Assembly (NCBI GenBank): GCA_963675785.1
Contig: OY776562.1
Location: 2,688,001-2,752,000 of the forward strand
Length of the DNA: 64,000 bases
Reading direction: 5' to 3'
Source: Anaerolineae bacterium
GTDB taxonomy: Bacteria > Chloroflexota > Anaerolineae > UBA1429
This document shows positions 7,888-18,683 of this stretch, piece after piece. The first letter of the stretch is position 1. Every line of letters starts with the position of its first letter. Under the pieces are notes generated by a model. That model saw nothing but the letters and a program-made list of their open reading frames with translations, was not told the DNA's origin and did not search any database. A program made the position numbers and the translations under genes.

Positions 7888-10464
7888 TTACAGTGAAGGC
7901 AGTGTTCCCAGCCACAACGAACGCCCGCTGAGCACAAAGATGCGCTGCGTCTCTTCATCTACATACAGGCCGCGAATGTCTTCCAACTCGCTGCCGCCGA
8001 TCTTGGACTGAAACTGGCGTACATAGTTGCCGTCTTTATCGAACTGGACGATGCGCTCGTTCCCAGAATCGGCCACATAGATGTAACCCACAGCTTCTGG
8101 GTCCTGCTCGCCAGACACGAAAATTGCCGTCGGGTTCAGCATGGATTCGGGTACGCTGAGAGAATTGAAAGGCTCTTGTACCCCATTGTAATACTTGTCG
8201 ATGTGCCCATCGGCAAAGAGGATGTACATATTGCCATCAACAGCCAAATCCACGGCGCCGGTTAGGTCAGATCCCAGATTGGCACTGATATAAGCAGAAG
8301 GAGCCTTGGTGTAGGCATCATCCACTGGCTCATACTTGAGCAGGGAGCCTAGCAGCGTATCGAGTACATAGAGGTTTCCATAATACGCCGACATGGCCAC
8401 AGGCTGGCGCCAGGTCTGGCTATTGGCCACCGGAAGTGCCGTTACACCCAAAGCATCATCAAAAGCAAATAAAGTTCCAGCGCGATCCAACACCGCAAAC
8501 ACCGAGGTACCCCGTAAACCATCATCGCTAATCCAGGCCATATCCACCAGCTCTGAGGCAGCCGTGCCATCGTACACCTGCCCCTCCTGGACGAGCAACG
8601 GGTCAGTGCCTACAGCCTCCAGAGCATCGCCTACATCATTCATCACATAGTGGTAGACACGGTTGCTGCCGCGATGAAGTAGGTATAAATCGTTATCCTG
8701 AAGCAGGATGCGCGCTGAATCGGTTGACGACGAGGTGTACTCATCCAGTTCGGCCAACTTGTAAAAAGTATAAATGCGCTCGACGACATTGATTTGGTCC
8801 AGGTCATGCTCAACGCGTGTCTTGAGTGTCGTTAACAGCGTGTCATCAGGGCGCATAGCCAAGCCTTGCTCGGACTGCAGTAGCGCCTCTTCAAGATACT
8901 GACGCTGTACGGCTGCATCCGTCGCAGAATCGGCCATCTGGTAGGCGTTCTGGGCAGCAAGCTGTATCGTATCGAATTGGGTTTCGATGGCCCGGTCATA
9001 TTGCACACGTGTGATGAGCACAAAAATCAACATCACAATGGGAATGGCCATGGCAATAAGTACAAGAGCCCGCCCACTCAGGGCAACTGTTTCCTTTTTT
9101 GCTGTCTCTTTTGGACGCTCTGGAAGCTTGTCTGGAAGAACACCCACGGCCCACTCCTCCATTCGACGAATAGCCCCACTAAACCAGGCCCTTGTTCGAT
9201 CCCAAGTCTCATGTCGACGCTGTTTTGTCACGGGGCGATCGACAGTCGACTCGTCGAGAGCATCGCCCTCATCCCAATAGTCTTCATCCTCGGGCTCATT
9301 GTCCAGCTCGACAGATACCGGTTCCTCTGGCGCAGCTTTTTCCCAAGGGAAGGCAAACTCGCTCTTCCCAGATTCCTCTTCCTCAGGTTCTGTTGGCCCC
9401 TGGGTTGATTCAGGTTCAGAATCTAGCTCTGGTTCTATATCCAGCTCTGGCTCGAAATCGGCTTCTGACTCAACAAGATCAACTTCTGTTGCGGACTCGA
9501 ACCCATCATCCGTTTCGTCTTGATCAATGTCTTCATCAGACTCTGTCGCGATGTCAGGGTCTGCAAAGAGCCCCTCGTCATCCTCAACTTTAATTACTGT
9601 CTTGATCGAATCAGATTCGTCGGCCTCTATCTCGGCCAACGCGTCAAATTCATTTTCTTCTTCGACGTACTCCTCATCATCGTCCAAAATCTCAACGATG
9701 GGCAAAGTCTCTTCCTGCACTTGCTCACTTGGCAATCGCGAGGGCGCATCGAGAAACTCGACGCGATGCAGAGGCACCGTCGAAGCCGGCATGTGCAAAT
9801 CTTGAGATGAGGTTGAGGCGACAAAAGCAGCGACACGGGCATCTCCGTTCAGCCCATCCCAATGTGTCTTGCCCTCAGCATCAGAATTGCCCACCAGACC
9901 AGCGAGCAGATCGCGCAAGTTTATATCGGGGGAATCACTCGTTAACAGCAAAGCATCCTGCTCAGCCAGGGGGACAGAGAAAAAGCGAGCGTTCACGCCC
10001 AACTCCAGACCTGCCACTCGGGTTGCATCCGCAAACTTGTTGGTTGAGTGGCCGTCTTCCAGACCATGAACTTCATAGAACTTGGTACCTGCCAGACCCG
10101 CCATACAGACAGGCCCAAGGAGCATAGCGTAGGCTATAGTCTGATCCCACAACAACGCACCAACGCCAGCCAGTATTTGATTCTCGACATCAGTGCGAAG
10201 GTTGTGCTCAAAGAGCATCTTGTTAGCTGCCGTCAGCGCCGCCTTTAAGCAAAGTCCCGGCTCATTCTCAGCGGCAAGAATGGCAGCGTCCATCGCTGCA
10301 AATATTTCTGTGCAAATGCGCTGAGGCAAATCGCTGGCAAAAGCCGGCGTAACCAAGCCAACAAAAGTCATCTGCTCATCAAGCTCTTGAACAGACACAT
10401 GCCAATCAGCCGACACAATATCTGCACCAGCTTTAAAGATCCGCACTCCCGTTAGGTCTGCCAT
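7888..10464 (-). CDS. Large membrane protein: degenerate PP2C-like N-domain, acidic disordered linker, TM helix, extracytoplasmic beta-propeller (NHL-like)
   Basis: LKAALTAANKMLF and DALLLTSD resemble the PP2C fold. D/E-rich region in the middle, one TM (ALVLIAMAIPIVMLIFVLI), and YIYVADSGNERIVQFD NHL-like blades. Confidence 0.65.
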   Translation of the reverse strand: MADLTGVRIFKAGADIVSADWHVSVQELDEQMTFVGLVTPAFASDLPQRICTEIFAAMDAAILAAENEPGLCLKAALTAANKMLFEHNLRTDVENQILAGVGALLWDQTIAYAMLLGPVCMAGLAGTKFYEVHGLEDGHSTNKFADATRVAGLELGVNARFFSVPLAEQDALLLTSDSPDINLRDLLAGLVGNSDAEGKTHWDGLNGDARVAAFVASTSSQDLHMPASTVPLHRVEFLDAPSRLPSEQVQEETLPIVEILDDDEEYVEEENEFDALAEIEADESDSIKTVIKVEDDEGLFADPDIATESDEDIDQDETDDGFESATEVDLVESEADFEPELDIEPELDSEPESTQGPTEPEEEESGKSEFAFPWEKAAPEEPVSVELDNEPEDEDYWDEGDALDESTVDRPVTKQRRHETWDRTRAWFSGAIRRMEEWAVGVLPDKLPERPKETAKKETVALSGRALVLIAMAIPIVMLIFVLITRVQYDRAIETQFDTIQLAAQNAYQMADSATDAAVQRQYLEEALLQSEQGLAMRPDDTLLTTLKTRVEHDLDQINVVERIYTFYKLAELDEYTSSSTDSARILLQDNDLYLLHRGSNRVYHYVMNDVGDALEAVGTDPLLVQEGQVYDGTAASELVDMAWISDDGLRGTSVFAVLDRAGTLFAFDDALGVTALPVANSQTWRQPVAMSAYYGNLYVLDTLLGSLLKYEPVDDAYTKAPSAYISANLGSDLTGAVDLAVDGNMYILFADGHIDKYYNGVQEPFNSLSVPESMLNPTAIFVSGEQDPEAVGYIYVADSGNERIVQFDKDGNYVRQFQSKIGGSELEDIRGLYVDEETQRIFVLSGRSLWLGTLPSL

Positions 10465-10668
10465 ATTCCCCTGTACTAGCCTAGATCATTTCCGCTTGCT
10501 CATGAAAAGCATCATTTCAGTTTAGGTTATATCGGGGCCCGTCAATTCCTACTTTTACTGTCTTATTATACTTTAATTTACTTTTATACAAGCTCTTTTG
10601 TAGAGTCTAACCCGCTACTTAATAACCCGCGCTTGATCTTTTCCCACCCAGATCCGCTTCGGATTCTT

Positions 10669-11940
10669 TCAAAAGGCCAGGCGCCGCCCCAGCAGAATAC
10701 TTTTCCGATCAGGATACCACAACACATCAACGCCATTCCGACTGGTAAAACTGCCGTATACGCTAAGATCCGCCCCTCCCACACCAGGTTCGCCCCGCTG
10801 CCCATCGATGTGGTAACCATCGGTGTCCGCGAACAGCATCGGAGGTTCAAACCAAAGGGGTTGACAAGCATCAGGATGATAGACTCCTACGGAAACATAC
10901 AGTGGCGCCCGGGGAAAAGCCTCCGATCCATCTCCCCTTAGGCAGTTGGCGTTAAAGTACAACAATACATATCTCCCATCGGATAGCTGGTAGATGGGGT
11001 CGGTAGTGACGGAATTGAGCATGGGCGATCCATGATCTCTGTCTAGCAGCGGTTGGGGATTGCTCCATGTGCGCCCATCATCTTTTGATCCGCTCCACCA
11101 GATGTACCCAGTACACGACCTCATCACACAGAAGAGGCTTTTATCGGGAAGCCGAACAAAGCTAGGTTCTTGAGCAGTACTCAAATGGGGATAAAGGTAA
11201 TGAGGTACCCTAAGGGCATCCTCCCCCCAGCCGCTATATTCGATGTCGATGTCGCAGGGTTCAGGGTCCGCATCAATATTCGTAAAACGCATAAACTCCA
11301 CCACTGAATCGCTCCATGTCCATCCCTTTTGATCAGAGGGACGGAAGGTAGATACAGTCGGATTGCACATGTGGGTATACCCCACAATGTATCCGCCCGA
11401 TAGATCCTTCATGGGCTTTTGCCATACGACCCATTCGGGAGGAACGATCCCTTGGGGATCGTCATAAGGACTAGTTGGCATGGGAATCGGCTGAGGCGAG
11501 GACCATGATTTCCCATTGTTGTCGGAATAGACGCCCTCCATACTACCGCAGTGCATCTGGACCCAGTATCCACCAGGCAGTACCGTGTTTCTACTATAGA
11601 GCACATATATCCTACCCGATGAGGACACCATGGGAAAAGCCCAGCTAGCCATGGGCTCATCGCCAGGATGCATCGGCCCCACCACGCGAGAGGGCGCATC
11701 CCAGGTAATGCCTTCATCGGCGCTCCTGGAAAACATGATCCGGTTACAACGAGAATTGCGCAACGGAGATTGGACCCACACGGCCATCAAAGAACCATCA
11801 GGGCCATCAAACACCAAAAAGTGCTCGTTCAGGCTGTCATTTTCCGATCCGTCATAGTGCCTGGGAATATATACGACATAATCGGGCTGGGTTCTGCTGG
11901 CCTCTTGTTTGAGTACTTGTCGTATGGTTTCTTGTCCCAT
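10669..11940 (-). CDS. Sialidase-like (BNR/Asp-box) beta-propeller protein
   Basis: Asp boxes SADEGITWD, SDNNGKSWS and SKDDGRTWS. No signal peptide. Confidence 0.8.
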   Translation of the reverse strand: MGQETIRQVLKQEASRTQPDYVVYIPRHYDGSENDSLNEHFLVFDGPDGSLMAVWVQSPLRNSRCNRIMFSRSADEGITWDAPSRVVGPMHPGDEPMASWAFPMVSSSGRIYVLYSRNTVLPGGYWVQMHCGSMEGVYSDNNGKSWSSPQPIPMPTSPYDDPQGIVPPEWVVWQKPMKDLSGGYIVGYTHMCNPTVSTFRPSDQKGWTWSDSVVEFMRFTNIDADPEPCDIDIEYSGWGEDALRVPHYLYPHLSTAQEPSFVRLPDKSLFCVMRSCTGYIWWSGSKDDGRTWSNPQPLLDRDHGSPMLNSVTTDPIYQLSDGRYVLLYFNANCLRGDGSEAFPRAPLYVSVGVYHPDACQPLWFEPPMLFADTDGYHIDGQRGEPGVGGADLSVYGSFTSRNGVDVLWYPDRKSILLGRRLAF

Positions 11941-12114
11941 ATTTTCCAGACTTTATGTCGGTCCACAGCGAGTTCAACAAGTTCTGCTGTTCCACCAGTC
12001 ATTGATTGCAAATGGAAGGATCCAGCTTTTTGTGCAGAGCCAAGAATGGAAAAACAACCACTCTGCGCCCTTAAACCGACGGACAGATAAACATGCCGTT
12101 GCGACAGGAAATGA

Positions 12115-13674
12115 CTATTCCCACTCAATCGTCGCGGGTGGTTTGCTAGAGATATCATAAACCACCCGGTTCACCGCCGCCACTTCATTGACAATTCGGT
12201 TCGACATCCGTGCCAACACCTCGGCAGGAATCCGCGCCCAATCGGCGGTCATTCCATCTTCACTGGTTATTGCACGAATGGCCACCACATACGCATAGGT
12301 GCGACCATCACCCATTACGCCCACGCTCCTGATATTGGTCAGCACAGCAAAGTACTGCCATATCTCGCGATCCAGGCCAGCTGCGGCGATCTCTTCACGT
12401 ACAATAGCGTCAGCATCGCGAAGGGTGGCCAGCTTTTCCGCTGTAATATCACCGATGATGCGTACTGCCAGACCCGGCCCTGGGAAAGGTGGGCGGTAAA
12501 CCATCTCTTCGGGCAAATCCAAAGCCATGCCTACTGCGCGAACTTCATCCTTGAAAAGGAAGCGTAGCGGCTCGATGAGCTCCATGCGCATATCCTCGGG
12601 CAAGCCGCCCACATTGTGGTGGGTCTTGATGCGCGCTGCAGATTTGGTGGTAGCCGACGTGGCGCTCTCGATGACATCGGGATATAGCGTGCCCTGCGCC
12701 AAAAAATCCACATGGCCCAGTTTGGCCGCTTCGCTTTCAAAAACATCCACAAAGGTGTGGCCGATGATATGACGTTTGGTCTCAGGATCGGTAACACCCT
12801 CTAGCTCGTGCAAAAACCGCTTGGAGGCATCGACATACACCAAATTGCTATCCAGATACTCTTCATAGCGGTCAACTGTCTCTTGAGCCTCATCTTTGCG
12901 CAAAAGGCCGTTATCCACAAAGATAGCCGTCAACTGATCGCCAATGGCCCGAGATAACAACGTGGCCACAACAGTCGAATCGACGCCGCCAGAGACGCCG
13001 CAAATCACCTTGCGATCGCCCACACGTTTGCGAATGGAGTCTATGGCCTCCTCCACAAATGAGCCTGCCGTCCAATTGCCACTGCAACCACAGATAGTCC
13101 GACAAAAAGCGTTTAGCAGAGCCATGCCCTGGGTAGTATGCACAACTTCGGGGTGGAACTGGAGCCCGTAAAGCCCTCGGGAGACATTGGACATGGAAGC
13201 ATAAGGCGAATTGGTCGAGTGCGAGGTAACGACAAAGCCTTCTGGCAGTGCCGCCAACCGATCGCCGTGGCTCATCCATACTTGCATAGGGAATTCGAGC
13301 GCACCAAGCAGCGGATCATTAACAACATCCAGCTCGACAAAAGCCAAGCCATATTCGCGCTCGTTCGAGGGGATGACCTGCCCACCGAGGTTATAGGCAA
13401 ACAACTGCATGCCATAGCATATACCCAGAACCGGCACTCCCAATTCGAGAATAAAGGGTGAAAGGGAAGGTGCACCCTCATCATAAACACTATTGGGGCC
13501 ACCAGAGAGAATAATACCCCTGGGAGAATAGCTGCGAATGGTTTCCTCGTTCGCATCCCAAGGTAACATCTCGCAATAGACCTGGCATTCACGTACACGC
13601 CGCGTGATGAGCTGGCTGTATTGAGAACCATAATCCAGCACGAGAATCGTCTCGCGTGTCATTCCATCCGTCAT
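12115..13674 (-). CDS. guaA: GMP synthase (glutamine-hydrolysing)
   Basis: [51 protein letters not shown]. Confidence 0.98.
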   Translation of the reverse strand: MTDGMTRETILVLDYGSQYSQLITRRVRECQVYCEMLPWDANEETIRSYSPRGIILSGGPNSVYDEGAPSLSPFILELGVPVLGICYGMQLFAYNLGGQVIPSNEREYGLAFVELDVVNDPLLGALEFPMQVWMSHGDRLAALPEGFVVTSHSTNSPYASMSNVSRGLYGLQFHPEVVHTTQGMALLNAFCRTICGCSGNWTAGSFVEEAIDSIRKRVGDRKVICGVSGGVDSTVVATLLSRAIGDQLTAIFVDNGLLRKDEAQETVDRYEEYLDSNLVYVDASKRFLHELEGVTDPETKRHIIGHTFVDVFESEAAKLGHVDFLAQGTLYPDVIESATSATTKSAARIKTHHNVGGLPEDMRMELIEPLRFLFKDEVRAVGMALDLPEEMVYRPPFPGPGLAVRIIGDITAEKLATLRDADAIVREEIAAAGLDREIWQYFAVLTNIRSVGVMGDGRTYAYVVAIRAITSEDGMTADWARIPAEVLARMSNRIVNEVAAVNRVVYDISSKPPATIEWE

Positions 13675-13720
13675 TCGTGTCTATCTCCCAGATCTATTCC
13701 AATGATATCATTACTTGGCG

Positions 13721-13749
13721 ATTATAACGTCGTGACGGGTCTCCATCAA
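13721..13749 (-). promoter_or_regulatory. Putative sigma70 promoter of guaA
   Basis: Minus strand TTGATG-17 nt-TATAAT. Confidence 0.55.
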
Positions 13750-13764
13750 GTAGGCAAAACTGCA

Positions 13765-13793
13765 TTGACTCTTGGCAAACCCTCAACTATCAT
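13765..13793 (+). promoter_or_regulatory. Putative sigma70 promoter of the HNH gene
   Basis: TTGACT-17 nt-TATCAT, 40 nt before the ATG. Confidence 0.55.
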
Positions 13794-13833
13794 GCCTGTA
13801 GGATGCTGCAAAGATTGAGGAGTCGTATCATCT

Positions 13834-14364
13834 ATGGGATCTGTACTTGTTCTTAATGCTACGTATCAACCTCTAAGCACGGTAAGCACTCGCCGAGCAG
13901 TCGTCCTGCTGCTTAAAGAAAAGGCAGAACTGCTTGAAGCAGCCGAGAGCCGCTTACGCTCGGCCAATATTAGCCTGCCCGTTCCCCTCGTGATCCGCCT
14001 CGTCTACTATGTGCGAGTGCCAAACCACTTTGGCATTCATCTCAACCGGGCCAATGTGCTCTTGCGCGACAACTACACTTGTCAATATTGCGGCGCCACG
14101 CCCAGCCGCAAAGAACTCACCATCGACCACGTCGTACCACGCGTTCTTGGCGGAACCACCACCTGGGATAATCTGGTATGTGCCTGCAAGCCGTGCAATC
14201 TCAAAAAAGGTGGCCGGACTCCCGAGCAGGCCAATATGCCTTTGAGAAAAATACCCGGTGAGCCCCGCTACATGGCACTTGTGGTAGCTGGAAGCGTAGA
14301 ACAGCCCCAGGTGTGGGACAAGTATCTGGCTGCCTGGGTAACCAAAATGCCTTCTCTTAATTGA
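13834..14364 (+). CDS. HNH endonuclease (McrA-like, VLVLN family)
   Basis: VLVLNATYQPL, RDNYTCQYCG, TIDHVVPR..GG.TTWDNLVCACKPCN.KKG. Confidence 0.92.
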   Translation: MGSVLVLNATYQPLSTVSTRRAVVLLLKEKAELLEAAESRLRSANISLPVPLVIRLVYYVRVPNHFGIHLNRANVLLRDNYTCQYCGATPSRKELTIDHVVPRVLGGTTTWDNLVCACKPCNLKKGGRTPEQANMPLRKIPGEPRYMALVVAGSVEQPQVWDKYLAAWVTKMPSLN

Positions 14365-16696
14365 TTACAACTGTGAGAGGGAGAACCCAAGAGTCCTGGG
14401 CTGAATCGGAATCTGCTATTGTTAGCCGCGCACCATCTGCTGCAGAATAGAGCCCGATCTCTATGGTATACTCGCCAGCAGGTGCACTGGCATCAATCTG
14501 GATGATATGCCGATCCAGTACAAGATCACCGACTTGCCAATCCAAAGCACTTACCGCACCACCAGCTGGTATTGCGTCACTCTGCCCCCACACTGGCCCC
14601 GCCGTTGCAGGATTAAAAGCCTCACCCAGCAAATGGCTGAACACCACCAACTCTTGCTGTGGCTCACCAGCCTCCCACACCAAATCTAGAATGAGCACAT
14701 CCCCTGCATGCGCCGTCGAAACGGCATTGCCGTCACCATCCGTCAGAGCATAGCCTCGCAGGCAAGCCGTATCGTCAAAGCAAGGCATGGAAGCTGTCGA
14801 GAAGATCTCTTTGGTCAAGCTGGCAGTACATACTACCCACAAAGTGCCCAGTTCGACGATCTCATTGCCAGTTCTAACCCGAATTTGATACTTGCCAGAA
14901 GGCCATCCCTCATCGATTGCCCAATCGGCCTGTTGACGTGCCCCGGGTTCTAGGGCCTGTGTGGCAATCAACTGACCATCCGACGTCAAGAGTTCGATAG
15001 AAACTGCCTCAGTCGGTTCCTGCTGCCAAAGCAAAGCGATATGCATATAGCGCTCGGGCATGAATTCGTCGACGGGCATCTCCCAACCGGCTAGAACGCC
15101 GCCACCCAGGCTCGTGTCCGCAACATTGTACTGCGGCGAATAGGACTCCAAGTTGAGCGAAACAGCCTCAGCCTCACGTGCATAAAGCGTCAACCCATTA
15201 TAGCTATAGGCCTCACTGAGAATCTGCGTATAGTTTTCATCCAGCCAGGTACGTGCCACTCCATCGGGATCAGTTAAATTGGTCTCCACCTCAGCCAGCC
15301 ATATTCGTTGGGCATCGCCTACTAGTGCCTGCAATGTGGCGACATTGGCCTCAGCAGATGTAGCCAGGCTCAGCTCGGGCGTCCAGAGCACATCTGGGCG
15401 TTCACCCCCATATTCGAGGCCATCATAATAATAGAGAAACACCGGATAGCGACTACCAGAATCGAGCAAGACCACATCTCTTGGCTCAGCCTGACTGAGA
15501 ATACAGCGGGCCATGCTCTGCAACTCGTCGTTTAGCACACGTCCATTATAATAGCGCGGCAAAAAACTGGCAGAGACCAACACTACAACCACACCGATAA
15601 CCAGCCCAACACGCTGCCAGTGTTTGGAGATTAGCTCCACAGCCCAACCGGCCATAACCCACACCATGGGAGCAAAAGGCAACAAATAGCGAGCTTCTAT
15701 GTTCGGGGTATAAAAGATACTACGCGGGAGCGTCGCGGCGTAAACAAACAGCACTGGCAAAAATCCCGACAGACCGATGGCAGCAACATGCGACCAGCGC
15801 AGTTCCTTGCGGACCAAGGGAAGCAAGGCAATGATGCCGCCTGCCAGAAGCGTTGCCAATAGCGGCACTGCGCCCCACCACACCGCATCGATGTTTACGG
15901 ATACGCCCGTGCCCAGCAGGATGGCGTACAGCTTGGCCACAAAGGTCAGTGTTGTGGGTGTTGAAACAGACCATGTCTGCATGCGATCCCAGCTAAATAT
16001 CAGCCAGATGGCAACCAGCACCCCAACGGCCAGTTCGGCCAGCACCCACCGCCAGAAAATACGTTTACGGTTGTAATGCCCGGAGAATAGCGCCAACAGC
16101 ACAGCGATATTCTGAGCAACTACCACAATGCCCACTAAAAAGATGGTATAGAGCGAGGCCGTGGTTGCTGCGATATAGGCCCAAAACCAAGGAGACAGTC
16201 GCCCCTGGCGGGGCGAATCATCGCGTTCATCATCAAGCCAACGAATAAGGGCATAAAGAGAGAGAACGCACAAGAGGCCTGCGAGAATGTACATACGCAT
16301 CTCTTGTGACCACCACACATGAAAAGGTGCGATGGTTGTGAGCAGTGAAGCAACAATGGCCGCACGTTTGCCCGCCACACGATGCGCCAGTGCATATACC
16401 GCTGCTACAGTCAGCACGCCAAAAGCCACCGAAAGCAGTCGCATGGCGAACTCGGATTCGCCCAGAGCCGAAACCCAGGCCCACAGTGACCAAAAATACA
16501 GCGGCGGATGAACATCGCCGGCCGTCCAGACAGTAACGCCCACAAACCCTTTGCGCACCGCCCAGATGGCCAGTGCTTCATCCCACCAGAGGTTGCTATC
16601 ACCGAGTCGCCACAAGCGAAGGATAAACGCCAATCCCAGAATAGCTGCAGGAACAAGCCATCGCCTGTGCGCCCAGGTAGTAATCCTAGTCCTCAT
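14357..16696 (-). CDS. GT-C fold glycosyltransferase (GT39/ArnT/PMT-like) with extracytoplasmic C-terminal domains
   Basis: LWWDEA, DVHPPLYF, SEFAMRLLS, SQEMRMY; many TM helices; C-terminal WQVGDLVLDRH...GEYTIEIGLY module. Confidence 0.85.
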   Translation of the reverse strand: MRTRITTWAHRRWLVPAAILGLAFILRLWRLGDSNLWWDEALAIWAVRKGFVGVTVWTAGDVHPPLYFWSLWAWVSALGESEFAMRLLSVAFGVLTVAAVYALAHRVAGKRAAIVASLLTTIAPFHVWWSQEMRMYILAGLLCVLSLYALIRWLDDERDDSPRQGRLSPWFWAYIAATTASLYTIFLVGIVVVAQNIAVLLALFSGHYNRKRIFWRWVLAELAVGVLVAIWLIFSWDRMQTWSVSTPTTLTFVAKLYAILLGTGVSVNIDAVWWGAVPLLATLLAGGIIALLPLVRKELRWSHVAAIGLSGFLPVLFVYAATLPRSIFYTPNIEARYLLPFAPMVWVMAGWAVELISKHWQRVGLVIGVVVVLVSASFLPRYYNGRVLNDELQSMARCILSQAEPRDVVLLDSGSRYPVFLYYYDGLEYGGERPDVLWTPELSLATSAEANVATLQALVGDAQRIWLAEVETNLTDPDGVARTWLDENYTQILSEAYSYNGLTLYAREAEAVSLNLESYSPQYNVADTSLGGGVLAGWEMPVDEFMPERYMHIALLWQQEPTEAVSIELLTSDGQLIATQALEPGARQQADWAIDEGWPSGKYQIRVRTGNEIVELGTLWVVCTASLTKEIFSTASMPCFDDTACLRGYALTDGDGNAVSTAHAGDVLILDLVWEAGEPQQELVVFSHLLGEAFNPATAGPVWGQSDAIPAGGAVSALDWQVGDLVLDRHIIQIDASAPAGEYTIEIGLYSAADGARLTIADSDSAQDSWVLPLTVVIN

Positions 16697-17366
16697 TGGC
16701 GATGATCCTGCGCAGCTCCTTTAGGCGTGCCGTCGATATTTTCGGCGCGTTATCGAGTTTCTCTTTGAAAAAATCAGCCACATTATCAGGCTGTACCACA
16801 GGCACCGGTGGGTTATCGAGTTCCAATTCGATCTCTGGATTAACAAAGACGACGAGTCCGTTTACAGGTACGTCTTCCATGCCGCGCTTAGCCAACCATT
16901 TTTGCATCGTGCGTATATCTTGAGCAACATCCAGTTCGGGTCGCCCCACACCGGGTTCACCAAAAAATTGCTTGACTTTGCTGAATCCTGCCTTGTGATG
17001 CCATCTTTTACCGTCATACCACACACGGCCCTTTTGCATGCGCGGAATCACAACGGTAATGCCATGATGAGAAAGGATGACGTTATCACTAGGAAGATAG
17101 TAGCTGTAAAGAGAGTACCGACGATCAACCTGACGAAGAGCTTTGGCAATGACCTGATCTGCACGCGGCTCTCGCACGTATTGATACATGATAAAAGAGG
17201 CTACCGTCGCACAAATGAACCCAACAATCAGAAACACATACGAGAGAGTGACATTTGTCCCAACGACAAATAGACCAAGAACAAGGACAGCTAGGCCGAT
17301 AATGCTTCCCCAACGGGCTATCTTGGCCCTTTTTGCCAGGAACGCTTCATTCACAAATACTTGCAT
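16686..17366 (-). CDS. Membrane protein with NERD-like domain
   Basis: Two N-terminal TM helices followed by a soluble domain (DNVILSHHGITVV; GLVVFVNP). Confidence 0.6.
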   Translation of the reverse strand: MQVFVNEAFLAKRAKIARWGSIIGLAVLVLGLFVVGTNVTLSYVFLIVGFICATVASFIMYQYVREPRADQVIAKALRQVDRRYSLYSYYLPSDNVILSHHGITVVIPRMQKGRVWYDGKRWHHKAGFSKVKQFFGEPGVGRPELDVAQDIRTMQKWLAKRGMEDVPVNGLVVFVNPEIELELDNPPVPVVQPDNVADFFKEKLDNAPKISTARLKELRRIIANED

Positions 17367-18388
17367 TACGCTTCCTCAGAATCTTCTAACGCGATGCTTC
17401 CAAGCCCTTCGCGTATATGATCAACCACTTTTTGCTGAACTGCCTCTCGGGCAACCCGGACGGCATTCTGAATTGCTAACGCATCCGATCGCCCATGGGC
17501 GATAATCACTACACCATTAACGCCAAGTAGGGGGCCTCCACCATATTCACGGTAGTCAAGCATCCCCTTGACCTTGTTGAACGCGGGCTTGGCCAACAAG
17601 GCTCCCAACGAAGTCAAGATGCCCGCCTGAAGGTATTCTTTGAGCGCAGAGAGAAGTACATTGGAGACGCCTTCGGCCGTCTTAATCGCCACATTCCCCA
17701 CAAAACCGTCTGCTACAATAACATCGGCATAGCCAGAAAGAATGCCTTTCCCCTCGACATTGCCGACGAAATTCAAGCTCGACCCCTTGAGAAGTTCATG
17801 CGCAGCGATGACTGCTTCGTTTCCCTTGGTGTCTTCTTCTCCGTTTGATAAAAGCGCCACACGGGGGGAGGGGATTTCCAGAACACGCTCAGCATAAATA
17901 GAACCCATGTGAGCGAACTGAAATAACCAATCCGGCTTGCAGTCCGTGTTTGCGCCGATATCCAGAATAAAGCACTTTCCGGTGCGGGTGGGCAACACGG
18001 TAGAAATAGCCGGGCGCCGAATGCCCTTGACACGTCCCAGGCGGGAACGGGACAAGAGCGCCGTGGCCAATACGCCTCCCGAGTTTCCGGCAGATACAAA
18101 TGCATCCGCCTGACCATCACGCACCAAGCCCATGGCAACCACCATGGATGAATCGGGCTTGGCTCGCACCGCCATCGCCGGGTGGTCGCTCATCGTGATT
18201 ACATCCGATGCATGAACAATTTCTATATCCAGACCGGCGGTATCATACTTGGAGAGTTCCTGCTGAACTATCTCCTTCTCTCCCACCAGCGTGATAGCCA
18301 CATCATATTTGCGGGCCGCCCAGATCGCCCCTTCTACATCGGGGCCAGGGGCACTATCGCTCCCCATTGCGTCTACGACGATTCGCAT
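17366..18388 (-). CDS. plsX: Phosphate acyltransferase PlsX
   Basis: RIVVDAMGSD.AP, VSAGNSG, LDIGANTD, NGEEDTKGN, DGFVGN, HGRS. Confidence 0.97.
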   Translation of the reverse strand: MRIVVDAMGSDSAPGPDVEGAIWAARKYDVAITLVGEKEIVQQELSKYDTAGLDIEIVHASDVITMSDHPAMAVRAKPDSSMVVAMGLVRDGQADAFVSAGNSGGVLATALLSRSRLGRVKGIRRPAISTVLPTRTGKCFILDIGANTDCKPDWLFQFAHMGSIYAERVLEIPSPRVALLSNGEEDTKGNEAVIAAHELLKGSSLNFVGNVEGKGILSGYADVIVADGFVGNVAIKTAEGVSNVLLSALKEYLQAGILTSLGALLAKPAFNKVKGMLDYREYGGGPLLGVNGVVIIAHGRSDALAIQNAVRVAREAVQQKVVDHIREGLGSIALEDSEEA

Positions 18389-18447
18389 CTTATCCTCCCA
18401 TGAGTCTGCAGACGTTCAACATGAATTGTACCTGTGGGCATGGTGAG

Positions 18448-18475
18448 TTGACAAGTCATATTGTCTGTCTATAAT
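18448..18475 (+). promoter_or_regulatory. Consensus sigma70 promoter of tRNA-Leu
   Basis: Perfect TTGACA-16 nt-TATAAT, 10 nt before the tRNA. Confidence 0.85.
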
Positions 18476-18485
18476 AATCCTCGTT

Positions 18486-18568
18486 GCCCCTGTGGCGGAA
18501 TTGGCATACGCGGCAGGTTGAGGGCCTGTGCTCGTAAGGGCGTACTGGTTCGAGTCCAGTCAGGGGCA
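18486..18568 (+). tRNA. tRNA-Leu (anticodon GAG)
   Basis: Acceptor stem GCCCCTG/CAGGGGC, D arm GCGGAATTGGCATACGC, anticodon arm GCAGG-TTGAGGG-CCTGT, long variable arm, T arm ACTGG-TTCGAGT-CCAGT. CCA is not encoded. Confidence 0.95.
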
Positions 18569-18570
18569 CA

Positions 18571-18602
18571 GAGGAGCTGACTTTGATGTCGGCTCCTTTT
18601 TT
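18571..18602 (+). terminator. Intrinsic terminator after tRNA-Leu
   Basis: GGAGCTGAC/GTCGGCTCC stem followed by T6. Confidence 0.8.
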
Positions 18603-18654
18603 CGTCAATCACCATTGAGACAAAACACTGGAAGGGTCAAATAGTGGCGGCTCA

Positions 18655-18683
18655 TTGACACAAAGGCCCAGCACTGATACCAT
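18655..18683 (+). promoter_or_regulatory. Putative promoter of the lipoprotein pair
   Basis: TTGACA-17 nt-TACCAT, with TG extended -10. Confidence 0.65.

Noticed and set aside
10640-10655. Possible att-like copy of the guaA 3' end (ttcccacccagatc vs ttcccactcaatc)
   Set aside because: The match is too short and imperfect to distinguish from chance.
13675-13760. Purine riboswitch upstream of guaA
   Set aside because: The putative promoter leaves only a ~40-nt leader, and no aptamer consensus is visible.
13834-14364. HNH gene as a homing endonuclease or mobile element
   Set aside because: Matches the common stand-alone VLVLN-type HNH family, has its own promoter, and shows no intron, terminal repeats or target duplication.
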